In this document: one piece after another, positions 1 to 10,900 of the stretch | How the letters are laid out: the number at the start of each line of letters is the position of its first letter | Numbering within the stretch: the stretch's first letter is position 1 | Source of the DNA: Candidatus Yanofskybacteria bacterium | GTDB taxonomy: Bacteria; Patescibacteriota; Minisyncoccia; 2-02-FULL-40-12; GWA2-44-9 | Reading direction: 5' to 3' | DNA length: 64,000 nucleotides | Assembly (NCBI GenBank): GCA_020847715.1 | Contig: JADLBM010000014.1 | Span: 14,420-78,419 of the forward strand | Made by a program: the position numbers and the translations under genes | Notes under the pieces: generated by a model | The model's database searches: none | What the model was told of the DNA's origin: nothing | What the model saw: only the letters and a program-made list of their open reading frames with translations

Positions 1-2
1 CG

Positions 3-200
3 CTGCTTTCGCCTGATGCGCGCTTCCTTCTTATCAATGCGTATGCGACCAACACGTCCGAGCTTGCGCTCAAGAATCTTCTTGAAGATGCGATGGCGGG
101 TCGTGGTGGAACGATTGAGGCAGGACAGCTGTGCCTCCAGCAGCGCGGGGGACGCCTCCTCTCGACCGGCATCTTTGCCCGCTGGTCGCGCTCGGCGTAG
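3..200 (+). CDS. C-terminal fragment of probable class I SAM-dependent (RlmI/RlmK-like) methyltransferase, partial at window edge
   Basis: Own translation LLSPDARFLLINAYAT...GGTIEAGQLCL...GRLLSTGIFARW*, resembling the C-terminus of this family. Confidence 0.6.
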   Translation: MLSPDARFLLINAYATNTSELALKNLLEDAMAGRGGTIEAGQLCLQQRGGRLLSTGIFARWSRSA

Positions 201-383
201 ACTGGACAACACCTAATTCGTGTTGTATTGTTTATCCACGCCTGCACACTGCGTGCGGTAGCGTGCGTGCCCTAATCCGGCGCGCGCTGTTTGAAAACCC
301 CTGACGGCCGTCGGAAGCGTATATCCGGCCGCTGTCACCCGCTCTGGCCGTATCGCACGGACAGAGCCGGAAAGGAACCTGCG

Positions 384-1247
384 ATGATTGACGGAACTGC
401 TGGACCCAGCCTCAAAGATGTCAAACCGATCCGTCTCCACTGGGCAGTCATACTCATGGCGTCCGTCTGGGGTGGATTTCTCTTTGCAGTCCATAAGAGT
501 GCGCTGGGCGACGACTTCAAGTTCCTCCTGGGAATGCTTGCGCCTGCCGTTTTGATGCTCTACATCTATGTGCTCGGCGGCCCAAAGAAGCTCTTCATGG
601 ATTGGTTCGCATGCAACTTTTGGGGCTACTACTGGGTGTTGCGGCGAACCGGGCAGAACACCTTTGCTGGCGAGGTCGTAAACGCTCGCAACCGTGAGTA
701 TGCTGCGCGAGGGGAGTGGGCAATCTATCTCCCCATCGGTGGCTGGTTCAACCGGCCCTACTTTCGGTATGGCAATCAGAGCCCGCTTGGCACGCTTGTG
801 ATCACCCGGGTGCGCCGGGAGTGGCTGGAAGACTTTGCGGAAATCACCGTGCAGGATCACATCGGCAATCGCCTGTCACATCATCCAGCGTGGTTCCTCG
901 AGCGTCTTTCCCAACTTCTTCCGCGGGAGCTTCCTTTTGGAGCAGAGGCGTTGCATCGCCTCATGACAACGGACGCCGAGCGGCTGGAGGTCGCAAAGAA
1001 AGTCGTCGAACAGGAGCGCGATGAGGCGAGGGCATCTTGGAAGAAGGCGAGCGCTGTAGCGTGCGGAGAGCTGGGAGTGCTGACAAAGGTCCTCCGAATC
1101 GCCGAGTCGAGCACCCGACTCCGGACGACCCGCGAGGGCAGAAAAATCTACGACCTCGTCGCCTACGAGGTGAACTGCATCAAGTTCTCGATGTCGCACT
1201 GGCTTCATCCTGAGGTTCGCTTGGACGACAAGAAGCCGTCCGCCTAA
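384..1247 (+). CDS. Hypothetical membrane protein with C-terminal coiled coil
   Basis: AAAGGA RBS before ATG 384; two N-terminal hydrophobic segments; hairpin after the stop. Confidence 0.65.
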   Translation: MIDGTAGPSLKDVKPIRLHWAVILMASVWGGFLFAVHKSALGDDFKFLLGMLAPAVLMLYIYVLGGPKKLFMDWFACNFWGYYWVLRRTGQNTFAGEVVNARNREYAARGEWAIYLPIGGWFNRPYFRYGNQSPLGTLVITRVRREWLEDFAEITVQDHIGNRLSHHPAWFLERLSQLLPRELPFGAEALHRLMTTDAERLEVAKKVVEQERDEARASWKKASAVACGELGVLTKVLRIAESSTRLRTTREGRKIYDLVAYEVNCIKFSMSHWLHPEVRLDDKKPSA

Positions 1248-1298
1248 CCCTCACCCCCGCCTTGCAAAGGGCGGGGGTCTTTCTATACTGGGAGTGCT

Positions 1299-1421
1299 AT
1301 GAAGAAGAAGCTCCTCATCTTGCTGGGGATTGCTATCGCGGTAGGTATCGCGTTCGTGTTCTCGCGGCCGGCGGCAATCGCTCCGAATGGCGAATCTCCG
1401 CTTCCCACGGCAACGCGGTAG
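1299..1421 (+). CDS. Small signal-anchor peptide (40 aa)
   Basis: MKKKLLILLGIAIAVGIAFVFSRPAA...; TATACT and GGAG upstream; below ORF-track cutoff. Confidence 0.5.
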   Translation: MKKKLLILLGIAIAVGIAFVFSRPAAIAPNGESPLPTATR

Positions 1422-1427
1422 CACCCT

Positions 1428-2537
1428 ATGCGCGACCCCATCTCCACGCGCCTGATTGAGGCGTTCTATCGCTCTGCGGCAAAGCCGCTTCTGTTTCGGG
1501 CAGATCCCGAGCGTGTGCACGACCGCTTCACGGCGGTTGGCAGAGTGCTTGCATCCACCGGACTCACGCGGCGACTCACGCGTGCACTTTTTCGCTACGA
1601 CGACCCGATCCTTGCAACCGATGTCGCCGGCGTCCATTTTGAGAATCCCGTCGGTCTTGCGGCAGGGTTTGATAAGAATGCCCAGCTGTGGAACATCCTT
1701 CCGGATGTGGGATTTGGTTTTGCTGAGCTGGGAAGTATCACTGGAAAGCCATGTGAAGGAAATCCAAAGCCGCGACTGTGGCGTATGCCCGAGCGCGAAG
1801 CTCTGCAGGTGTACTACGGACTGAAGAACGACGGCGCGGAGGCTATCGCCGCGCGACTTCGCGGTGTGCGTTCGCGCATGCCTCTTGGCATTAGTGCCGC
1901 AAAAACCAACAGCGCCGAAACAAGCGATCCCGACGCTGCTATTTCGGACTACTGCGCCGTCATCGACGCATGTCGCGACATCGCCGGCTACTACACGATA
2001 AATATTAGCTGTCCCAACGCATTCGGTGGGCAACCGTTTACGGATCCCGCTCTACTCGACCGGCTTCTTGCGGCAGTCGATGCGCGGGCGGTTCGGCAAC
2101 CGGTGTTCGTGAAGCTCTCACCCGATCTCGACGACACGCAGCAGGATGCCGTTCTTGAGGTGCTCGGCGGACATCGAGTGCAGGGTATCGTGTGTACGAA
2201 TCTTACGAAGGATTACCGGCGGGTCGGCATTGAGGACGCACAGGTTCCGGGGCGTGGCGGTATTTCAGGGCGCGTTGTCCAGCAGGTTGCGGAGCGGCAG
2301 CTTGCGCGCATGTGGCAGCGGACGCAGGGGAAATATGCACTCATCGGTGTCGGCGGCATTTTCACGGCGGAAGACGCATATCGAAAAATTCGACTCGGGG
2401 CATCGCTGGTCCAGCTCATCACCGGTATGGTCTACCGAGGACCGCAGGTTATCGGACAGATTAATCGCGGTCTTGCCGCGCTGCTCCGTCGCGACGGGTT
2501 CAAGAGTGTCGCCGAGGCGGTTGGAGTAGGGACCTAA
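1428..2537 (+). CDS. pyrD: Dihydroorotate dehydrogenase (quinone), class 2
   Basis: NPVGLAAGFDKN, GNPKPRLWR, NISCPN, VKLSPD, GGISG, GVGGI, GASLVQL motifs. Confidence 0.95.
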   Translation: MRDPISTRLIEAFYRSAAKPLLFRADPERVHDRFTAVGRVLASTGLTRRLTRALFRYDDPILATDVAGVHFENPVGLAAGFDKNAQLWNILPDVGFGFAELGSITGKPCEGNPKPRLWRMPEREALQVYYGLKNDGAEAIAARLRGVRSRMPLGISAAKTNSAETSDPDAAISDYCAVIDACRDIAGYYTINISCPNAFGGQPFTDPALLDRLLAAVDARAVRQPVFVKLSPDLDDTQQDAVLEVLGGHRVQGIVCTNLTKDYRRVGIEDAQVPGRGGISGRVVQQVAERQLARMWQRTQGKYALIGVGGIFTAEDAYRKIRLGASLVQLITGMVYRGPQVIGQINRGLAALLRRDGFKSVAEAVGVGT

Positions 2538-2710
2538 ACAGAACACCCAGATGAGCGTTCTGTTGTTATGTGGGGACCTAGCGGGTATCGATCCCGCGAC
2601 CGCGCTTCCACAGAGCGCTGTGATACCATTTCACCATAGGTCCCATATCAACGAAGCAGCTTGCAGGACGGGAGGAATTATACCAGAATTCCACCGACTA
2701 CGCAATTTCC

Positions 2711-3292
2711 ATGCCGGTCATTACCATCGTTATTTCTGAGATTGCGGCGGTTCTCACCCGCTTTGCGGGGCACACCTGGTACGACGCTGTTTCGTACGGT
2801 CTTGTCGTTCCGGTGCTCGCGTTCGTGCCGAGCGCTATCCATCGACAGGCACCGCAGCTTTCGCCACGATGGCGAACAATGATGGAATGGCTGGCATTCG
2901 CACTCCTCGCAATCACTGCGCCGGCGACGGTGAAGCTGCACGCGATGGGGTTTCAGTACGACCGCTTCCTGCACTTCGCCGCGGCCTTTCTATCGCTCTT
3001 TGTCGCTGTCGGTATACTCACGGCGTATCGGCCGGAATTTGTGCGGCGGGGCTCGCGGCTCGTCGGTGCTGCGGCGCTATTCATGGTTGCCGCTCTCTTC
3101 GTGTGGGAGGGACATCAGTATACCGCCGACCGTATCTTCGGGACGCGACTGTTCTATGATTCACAGCAGTCTATGAAGCGAGACTTCTGGGAAGATATTG
3201 GATTTGGTATGCTGGGCATTATCGGTGGGCTCTGCGTGCTTGTCCCTCGGCGGGGACAGCTCGCCGAACTCACGCTACCACCTATCTCATGA
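2711..3292 (+). CDS. Hypothetical multi-pass membrane protein
   Basis: Several TM segments; YDRFLHF, WE and D motifs reminiscent of VanZ/DUF2238-like proteins. Confidence 0.6.
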   Translation: MPVITIVISEIAAVLTRFAGHTWYDAVSYGLVVPVLAFVPSAIHRQAPQLSPRWRTMMEWLAFALLAITAPATVKLHAMGFQYDRFLHFAAAFLSLFVAVGILTAYRPEFVRRGSRLVGAAALFMVAALFVWEGHQYTADRIFGTRLFYDSQQSMKRDFWEDIGFGMLGIIGGLCVLVPRRGQLAELTLPPIS

Positions 3293-3753
3293 GCGTTCCG
3301 GTATTCAAGACTTCACTGGTCATCGCGGTCGTGGCAGTTGCCGTTATTGCGGGGGCATGGTATTTTCTTGCCCCTCCAGATGCTACTCCAGTTGCACTGA
3401 GCGGCCGCATTGAGGGCATTACCGGATACCCGAGCGAGTTCAATCCGGAACAAACGGTATGCGCTCAGTCTGTGACCGATGCCGCGCTTGTCCGTTGTGT
3501 GGACGCGCCGGAGCAGGAGGGTTCGGTTGCGCCTACATTTAGCATCAAAGTTCCGGCGGGGCGATACACGGTCTATGCCATCTTGAAGGATCCAGCCGAC
3601 CTTGGGCTTACCGAGCAGAAAAAAGCGTACTGGAGCGCATTCGTCACCTGCGGATTCCTTGCGTCATGCGCCGACCACTCTCCGCTTGAAGTTATTGTGA
3701 GTTCGGGTGCTACCGTGACCGGCATTCAGCCGCACGACTGGTATACCAACTAG
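3289..3753 (+). CDS. Hypothetical membrane-anchored exported protein
   Basis: N-terminal TM helix, Cys pairs, ATGA overlap with upstream gene. Confidence 0.7.
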   Translation: MSVPVFKTSLVIAVVAVAVIAGAWYFLAPPDATPVALSGRIEGITGYPSEFNPEQTVCAQSVTDAALVRCVDAPEQEGSVAPTFSIKVPAGRYTVYAILKDPADLGLTEQKKAYWSAFVTCGFLASCADHSPLEVIVSSGATVTGIQPHDWYTN

Positions 3754-3756
3754 ACT

Positions 3757-3888
3757 ATGTTCAAATCTCTTTCCGACGACGAGAAAAAATTCGTGTGGTT
3801 CTGGATTTTCGTTTTCAGCTCGGCAGTCGGCTTTTGGGTCGTCTTTGTTCACTGGGCATGGCAGCTTGCCCGAGCATCTCTGGCATAA
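3757..3888 (+). CDS. Small membrane protein (43 aa)
   Basis: MFKSLSDDEKKFVWFWIFVFSSAVGFWVVFVHWAWQLARASLA; starts 3 nt after previous stop and ends at a hairpin. Confidence 0.5.
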   Translation: MFKSLSDDEKKFVWFWIFVFSSAVGFWVVFVHWAWQLARASLA

Positions 3889-3928
3889 AAAGACCCCCGC
3901 ATCGGTTCGTTGATGCGGGGGAGCGGGA

Positions 3929-4327
3929 CTAGGCCTCGGGGAAGAGCGAGTGATGCACGGAGTGCATGTTCGGATTTCCGTGCTGCTCCGCCTCTTCCTG
4001 ACACGGTCGGCACCGGCCGGCCAGCAGGTTCGCTGCGAGGCGCTTCCACGGGATGGCCTTCCGGCAATCAAGGCAGACGCCGTACGTTCCGGCCGCGAGA
4101 CGCGTGAGCGCGATGCATGCGGCGCGGTGCCGCTGCTGCGCCACACTGATCTCCAGCGCGGTCACGGTCGAGTTGACCTCGTGGTCGACGCTCTCGACGG
4201 AGTCGCCGACCGTGCGATTGACCACCTGCCCAGCCAGCCCATTGCGGGTCGACCGGAACAGTGCGGCGGACTCGTCTCGGATGGCCTCCAGCCTCTTTCT
4301 GATGGTGGCCTGACTCAAGTGCGACAT
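3929..4327 (-). CDS. TraR/DksA family C4 zinc-finger protein
   Basis: Coiled coil plus GTYGVCLDC...IPWKRL...RCRPCQ; GAGGAGG RBS. Confidence 0.85.
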   Translation of the reverse strand: MSHLSQATIRKRLEAIRDESAALFRSTRNGLAGQVVNRTVGDSVESVDHEVNSTVTALEISVAQQRHRAACIALTRLAAGTYGVCLDCRKAIPWKRLAANLLAGRCRPCQEEAEQHGNPNMHSVHHSLFPEA

Positions 4328-4423
4328 GCGCACCTCCTCGAGGATTACAATAACATATTTAGCGTAATTGGTCAATATCTGGCGTCCTTCAAATTCCCGC
4401 CGTTTTCGCTATACTACCTCCAC

Positions 4424-6184
4424 ATGACGCATCAAGAGCTCCGTGAACGGTATCTCGCATTCTTCCGCTCGAAAGGGCACGCGGTTATTCCGTCCGCACC
4501 CGTGGTGCCACTGAATGATCCAACCGTGCTGTTCACGACCGCGGGGATGCACCCTCTGGTTCCGTACCTGCTGGGAGAGCCTCATCCAGCGGGCACGCGT
4601 ATCGCCGATGTCCAGAAGTGCATCCGCACGGGCGACATCGACGATGTTGGCGACGACACGCACCTCACATTCTTCGAGATGCTGGGGAACTGGTCTTTCG
4701 GGGACTACTTCAAGCAGGAGGCTATCTCGTGGAGCTTCGAGTTTCTTACATCCTCGGAGTGGCTCGGTATTCCGCTGGAGCGACTCGCGTTCACCTGCTT
4801 CGTCGGCGATGAGCATGCTCCAAAAGATGAAGAAGCCGCCGGCATCTGGCGCTCGCTTGGTGTTCCGGAGGAGCGTATCGCGTTCCTCGGCCGCGATGAT
4901 AACTGGTGGGGACCCGCCGGCACGACCGGTCCCTGTGGCCCCGACACCGAGATGTTCTACTGGATCGACAACGCGACTCCCGCACCGGAGCGCTTCAATC
5001 CGTCCGACAAGCGTTGGGTCGAGATTTGGAATGATGTGTTCATGCAGTATCGGAAGACTGAATCCGGTTCCTACGAGAAGCTCGCGAAACCGAATGTCGA
5101 CACCGGCATGGGGCTTGAGCGCACACTTACCGTGCTCACCGGCAAGCGCTCGGTGTACGAAACGGAGCTCTTCGTGCCGCTCCTTGCCGCGCTCCGCGAG
5201 CAGGCGACACTCGAACACGAGCACCGTGAGAAGTTTCTACGCATCCAAGCCGACCACCTGCGCGCCGCCGCGTTCATGATGACCGATGGCGTCGAACCAA
5301 CGAACAAAGACCGTGGGTATGTACTTCGCCGCCTCCTGCGCCGGAGCATGGTGTACGCGCGCCAGCTGGGCATGCACGAGTACTGGTGGCGCCCGATGAT
5401 GGACGCGCTTCGTGGTGTGCTCGGGGGCGTATACCCGGAGCTGGTCGCCAACGAGGAAGTCATTGACCGTGTCATCACTGCGGAGGACAAGAAATTTAGC
5501 ACAACGCTCGACAAAGGCCTCCGCGAGTTCGGGAAGCTTGAAGTTATCGATGGAGAGGCCGCATTCAATCTGTATCAGACCTATGGATTCCCGTGGGAGC
5601 TCACCTACGAGCTCGCCCATGCAAGAGGATTGAGCCCCGATCGCGGCGCGTTCGAACTTGCGTTCACAAAGCACAAAGATCTCTCCCGTACCGCATCAGC
5701 CGGCACCTTCAAGGGCGGTCTCGCGGACCATTCCGAGGTCGTCGTCCGCTACCACACCGCAACACACCTGATGCATCAGGCGCTGCGTACGGTGCTGGGC
5801 GACCATGTTATTCAAAAGGGGAGCAACATCAACGCCGAGCGCACACGGTTCGATTTCTCGCACCCGCAGAAGGTTACACCGGAAGAATTGCACCGCGTGG
5901 AGGAGCTCGTGAACGGGTGGATTCAGCGCGACCTACCCGTCACGCGCGAGATGATGTCGCAGGAGCGGGCGCGCGAGCTTGGCGCTATCGGCGCGTTCGG
6001 CGAGAAGTACGGGGACACGGTTTCTGTCTATACCGTCGAAGACCCCGCAACGCACGAGGTGGTCAGCCGTGAGTTCTGCGGCGGTCCCCATGTGGAGCAC
6101 ACGGGTGTCATCGGCCATTTCCGTATCCTGAAAGAGGAGGCCGTCTCCGCCGGCATCCGCCGCATCAAGGCGGTGCTGGAGTAG
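4424..6184 (+). CDS. alaS: Alanine--tRNA ligase, short form lacking the C-Ala domain
   Basis: DPTVLFTTAGM, HLTFFEMLGNWSFGDYFK, GPCGP, DTGMGLER, HTATHL, EFCGGPH; ends after AGIRRIKA. Confidence 0.97.
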   Translation: MTHQELRERYLAFFRSKGHAVIPSAPVVPLNDPTVLFTTAGMHPLVPYLLGEPHPAGTRIADVQKCIRTGDIDDVGDDTHLTFFEMLGNWSFGDYFKQEAISWSFEFLTSSEWLGIPLERLAFTCFVGDEHAPKDEEAAGIWRSLGVPEERIAFLGRDDNWWGPAGTTGPCGPDTEMFYWIDNATPAPERFNPSDKRWVEIWNDVFMQYRKTESGSYEKLAKPNVDTGMGLERTLTVLTGKRSVYETELFVPLLAALREQATLEHEHREKFLRIQADHLRAAAFMMTDGVEPTNKDRGYVLRRLLRRSMVYARQLGMHEYWWRPMMDALRGVLGGVYPELVANEEVIDRVITAEDKKFSTTLDKGLREFGKLEVIDGEAAFNLYQTYGFPWELTYELAHARGLSPDRGAFELAFTKHKDLSRTASAGTFKGGLADHSEVVVRYHTATHLMHQALRTVLGDHVIQKGSNINAERTRFDFSHPQKVTPEELHRVEELVNGWIQRDLPVTREMMSQERARELGAIGAFGEKYGDTVSVYTVEDPATHEVVSREFCGGPHVEHTGVIGHFRILKEEAVSAGIRRIKAVLE

Positions 6185-6231
6185 ATTGACGTGAGCGGTT
6201 TTGTGCAGTATATTCGCGCTGGAGGTGACGC

Positions 6232-6543
6232 ATGGATTCGGAGAAGCTGTTCATCGTCTTTCTCATGTTCGGGGCGCCAGGAGCTGGGGTGTTCTTGGGT
6301 GTGGAGGGGACGATGCTGACGCTCGGCCTCGTAACCGCCACAGCATTGGCGGTCTCCTGGGTAACCGGCTTTACGAAAGAGCTGGGCGGCGGCGACTCTC
6401 TCATGCTCGGACCACTGAGCGACATCCTCGCGGTCATCGCAATCGCACTCTCCGTCACTGCTCTCGCCGCATGGGTGACTGTGGGGTTCCGATTCCTGTT
6501 CGTGACCGCGCATCCGCTCACCTGGGGCATGTTCTTCCGCTAG
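6232..6543 (+). CDS. Hypothetical membrane protein
   Basis: GGAGGTG RBS, three hydrophobic helices, hairpin plus T tract after the stop. Confidence 0.65.
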   Translation: MDSEKLFIVFLMFGAPGAGVFLGVEGTMLTLGLVTATALAVSWVTGFTKELGGGDSLMLGPLSDILAVIAIALSVTALAAWVTVGFRFLFVTAHPLTWGMFFR

Positions 6544-6620
6544 TTCTGTCGGGGGCCTCGCATCACGCGGGGCCATTTTTGTACCTATCGTGAAGGCGCA
6601 TGTTCTGGTATATACATATC

Positions 6621-7028
6621 ATGAGCATTACCACGCGCTTCATTCTTGTATGCCGAGAAGCATTTCTGACGGCCGGCACCAATAATCTGAACCTTATCGG
6701 CATCTTCACGCAGATCAACGCCGAGCAATTCCCGTTCGCCTATCCGCACTTTGCGCTGGTGGTAAACTTCGATGTTGATAGGAGCGGGGAACACCGTCTT
6801 GAGGCCGACATTGTGGGTCCGACCGGCGCGCGTGTTGCGCATTCCGACCTGCCGGTAGTCGCCCATGCGGGGAACATGCAGGTCATCGCAAACTTCGAGC
6901 ACATGCAGTTCGCGGCACCCGGGACCTACACGTTCCGTGTTTCCATTGACGGCGCGCTTCTGGGTGAGCGTTCGCTCGACGTAAAGCCGGTTATTGCCCC
7001 CGGTCCTCAACAGAACAACCTTGCGTAA
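6621..7028 (+). CDS. Hypothetical beta-sandwich protein (DUF6941-like)
   Basis: LVC..A...LNLIGIF.QI....FP and F..PG.Y.F pattern. Confidence 0.65.
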   Translation: MSITTRFILVCREAFLTAGTNNLNLIGIFTQINAEQFPFAYPHFALVVNFDVDRSGEHRLEADIVGPTGARVAHSDLPVVAHAGNMQVIANFEHMQFAAPGTYTFRVSIDGALLGERSLDVKPVIAPGPQQNNLA

Positions 7029-7971
7029 CTTCTGGTCCACGCTCCCGACGCCATTCTTCGTGCTCGCCCCGATGGCGGATGTTACCGACGTGCCGTTTCG
7101 GTCCATTGTGGCACAGTGCGGGCGACCCGATGTGTTCTACACCGAATTCGTATCGGCGCATGGCTTGGCCTCATCAGGACGCGAGCGGCTCTTGTTGGAT
7201 CTCGCGCTCACCGACCGCGACCACCCTATCGTGGCACAGTTCTTCGGCACGGTACCCGAGCATCTGCATGCGGCGGGGAAGCTTGCGCGAGAGCTTGGGT
7301 TTGATGGTGTCGACATCAACATGGGTTGTCCCGACCGCGCCATCATGAAGCAGGGCGCAGGTGCGGCGCTAATGCGGGAACCGTCGCGTGCGGTCGAGCT
7401 TATCGCGGCGTTGCGCGAAGGTGCTGGCGACCTGCCGGTTGCCGTGAAGACGCGGCTTGGCCTGCGGAGTACCGATGAAATGGATGCGTGGGTAGGGATG
7501 GTGCTGTCGGCAAAGCCCGATGTGCTCGTGGTGCACGGCCGTACCGTTAGTGAAATGAGCAAGGTGCCTGCGCACTGGGAGCTCATCGGTCGCGCTGCGC
7601 AGATGGCGCATGATGCAGGCGCGCTCTGCATTGGAAATGGCGATATCATGAGCCGCGCGCAGGGACTTGAGAGGGCGTCATTGTCGGGGGTTGATGGTGT
7701 TATGGTCGGGCGCGGCATCTTCCATAATCCATGGTTGTTTGCAGGTTCTCCCGAGCTGCGTACGCCCGCCGAGCGCCTCCGCCTCCTGCTCGCGCACACG
7801 GATGCGTGGGTCGCGCACTGGGGTGGTATCAAATCGTTCGATCTCATGAAGAAGTTCTATAAGGTGTATGTGTCCGGATGGGACGGTGCCGCGCACCTTC
7901 GCGCAAAACTTATGGAGGCGCACGACGCCGAAACCGTCCGCTCCATCGTCGCAGAAAGTGGTATCCTCTGA
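7021..7971 (+). CDS. dus: tRNA-dihydrouridine synthase
   Basis: LAPMADVTD, DINMGCP, VKTRLG, VHGRT, GNGDI, GVMVGRG. Confidence 0.93.
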   Translation: MRNFWSTLPTPFFVLAPMADVTDVPFRSIVAQCGRPDVFYTEFVSAHGLASSGRERLLLDLALTDRDHPIVAQFFGTVPEHLHAAGKLARELGFDGVDINMGCPDRAIMKQGAGAALMREPSRAVELIAALREGAGDLPVAVKTRLGLRSTDEMDAWVGMVLSAKPDVLVVHGRTVSEMSKVPAHWELIGRAAQMAHDAGALCIGNGDIMSRAQGLERASLSGVDGVMVGRGIFHNPWLFAGSPELRTPAERLRLLLAHTDAWVAHWGGIKSFDLMKKFYKVYVSGWDGAAHLRAKLMEAHDAETVRSIVAESGIL

Positions 7972-7973
7972 AC

Positions 7974-10900
7974 ATGCCGACGACACCGGAATTCGAACGC
8001 CGCTACGGGATGCTGAATCCCCGCCAGAAGGAGGCGGTTGATGCGATTGACGGTCCGGTGATGGTTATCGCAGGTCCCGGCACGGGAAAGACAACCATCC
8101 TCACGCTTCGTATTGCGAATATTCTTACGAAGACGGACACACCGCCCGACGCCATTCTCGCGCTGACATTCACCGAATCCGGTGCCGCAGAAATGAAAGC
8201 GCGCCTCGCCGTGTTCATCGGAACCGACGCGTATCGCGTCACGATGACGACATTCCACTCCTTCTGTAATGGCATTATCCAAGAGTACCCAGAATCGTTT
8301 GGGGCGCTCGCAGGGGCGGCATCGCTTGCGGAGACCGACCAAGCAGTCCTTGTGCAGGAACTCATCGATACGACCGCTGGGCTTGAGCTGTTACGGCCAG
8401 TGAACGCACCCGATTTGTACTTGAAGGCCGTACTTGCGAGCATCAACACGCTGAAGCGGGAGGATGTGGAGCCGGAACGACTACGGCAGATCGCCGAGCA
8501 GCAGGAGCGCGCCGTGATGACCGCCGACGACGTGTACCACGAAAAGGGTGCATATAAAGGAACAATGAAGGGCGTGTACAGCGATGCGTTGAAGCAGGCT
8601 TCGAAACTGAAAGAACTTGCGGCGGTGTATCAGGCGTACCAGCACGCACTTCGGGAGCGAAAGCTGTACGACTACAACGATATGGTTATGGAGGTGGCGC
8701 GCACGCTTCGCACTGACGAGGAGCTACGACTTCTCCTGCAGGAGCGATACCACTATTTCTTGGTGGACGAGCATCAGGACACGAACAATGCACAGAACAC
8801 GGTCATTGAGCTCCTTGCATCATTCTGGGAGCGGCCGAATCTGTTTGTAGTCGGCGATGCGAAGCAGGCGATCTATCGCTTCCAAGGTGCGTCTACGGAG
8901 AATTTTACCTATTTCCAAAACAAGTATCAGGAAGTTCGCCTCATCGAACTTGATGCCAATTATCGGTCGAGTCAGGCGCTTCTTGACGCGGCCCATGGTG
9001 TGCGGCCGTCGGGAGGAGATGGTCTCCACGCGCAGAGCGCACATCCGGACGCACTCATTAGTCTGCTCGCCTGTAGTGATCCTGATGCGCAGTCGTGGAT
9101 CGTCACGCAACGGATCCGCGAGTACATCGAGCAGGGGACTCCGCCCGAACAGATCGCCGTTCTGTATCGCGACAATGCCGACGGGCTCGCACTTGCGGAG
9201 TTCTTGCAGCGGGCAAATATTCCGTATGCCATATCGGCGACGCGCGACATGACCGCCGACCCACTCATGCGGCAGCTCCTCGCTATTCTCGATGCGGCGG
9301 CGCAGTTCGGGAGCGCGGAGGCGCTGTATCCGGCGCTTCACGCTCCGGTGCTGGCAATTGATCCGCTTGACCTCTACAAGCTCATTGACGCGTGCCGTCA
9401 GGGGCGGAATCCCTACGATGTCATGCGGTCTCCCGCGCTCATGCATCAGGCGGGCATCGATGATGTGCCGCGGATGCAGGCGCTCGCGGCGTCGCTGGCG
9501 CGATGGTCGCGCCAGATGCGGCAACCGACCGCGGCGGAAACGCTTGAGCTGGTCGTTCGAGAGTCCGGCGTGCTGGATGCTGCGGTGGCAGATGCAGATT
9601 CCCATGACCGGCTCGCCCTCCTCCATGGGCTGTATGACCGAATTCGTTCCCATGTCCAGCGCGATCGGGCGCTCACGCTTGCAGCATTCGTAGAGCATCT
9701 CGCATTCCTCCGTGAACGCGGCATCTCGCTCACCGCCAAAGGCGGTGGCGTCGCGCCGGGGAAAGTGCGCCTCATGACCGCGCACAAGAGCAAGGGACTG
9801 GAGTTCGATGTCGTGGTTCTCATTGATTGCGTTGATGGTCACTGGGGCTCGCGCACTCGCCGTTCGCTCATCAAGCTGCCACCCGAGGTGTTCGCAAAGC
9901 CTGCCGGTGCGGTCCCGAGCGCACCTGAGGGAGACGACGAAGAGCGGAACCTGTTCTATGTTGCTCTCACGCGTGCCCGTCGGCAGGTCATCCTCGCGCT
10001 CCCTGAGCGAGACCGCGACGGGAATGAACAGCTTCCGGCGCGCTACATTGCCGATATTCGTCCTGAGCTCGTCGTGCGTCCCGAGATGGCTGCCGCGGAG
10101 GAGGCGTGGACCGCTGCGCGCGCAGTTCGGTTCGCGGCGGCGCCGGAGCGTGCCGCACAAATTGGCGAGAAGGCGTTCTTGAACGACCTCTTTACGCGAC
10201 AGGGACTCTCGGTTACCGCGTTGAACAACTACCTCGCCTGTCCGTGGCGGTATTTCTATTCAAACCTTGTCCGCATTCCTGAGGCGCCCGCATTCGCCCT
10301 CATGTACGGCAATGCAGTGGATCGCGCGCTGCAGGAGTATTTCGACAAGCTTCGAGAGGGAGAGCGCGGAACGAAAGCAGAGCTTTGCGCAATCTTTGAG
10401 CGCTTCCTCGCGGACCAACCGCTACAGACGGTGGAGCTCGCTCGGGCGCGTGCCAGAGGCATTGCCGCATTGAGTGCGTACTACGATCGGTACCACAGTG
10501 AATGGCATGCGAACATCATCAACCAACTTCGCATCCCTGCCGTCGAGCTTGCGGATGGACTCATCCTGAATGGGAAAATAGACAAGGTAGAGCTCCTCGA
10601 TGCCTCGGGAGCAGTTCGCGTCATAGATTACAAAACCGGCGCGCCGAAAAGTCGCGGGCACATTGCCGGAACCACAAAGAGCGGGGATGGGAACTACCTT
10701 CGCCAACTCGTGTTCTACAAACTGCTCTTAGATCGCTGGCAGAATGGCCGCTACCGCACGGGAGTCGGAGTCATCGACTTTGTCGAGCCGGATGAACGAG
10801 GAAAGCTCCACCGTGAGGAATTCGCGCTGACGCCTGCGATGGTTTCCGAGCTTGAGGCAATCATTCAGAGGGTCGCGCAGGAGATTCGCGAGCTCACCTT

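Noticed and set aside
231-239. Replication origin from a DnaA-box-like TTATCCACG
   Set aside because: Single imperfect box, no cluster, no dnaA nearby
3950-4423. Long N-terminal extensions in the ORF track (alaS; also the 11013, 25728 and 45195 ORFs and the 48187 start)
   Set aside because: They overlap other genes or promoters; family similarity begins at the downstream starts
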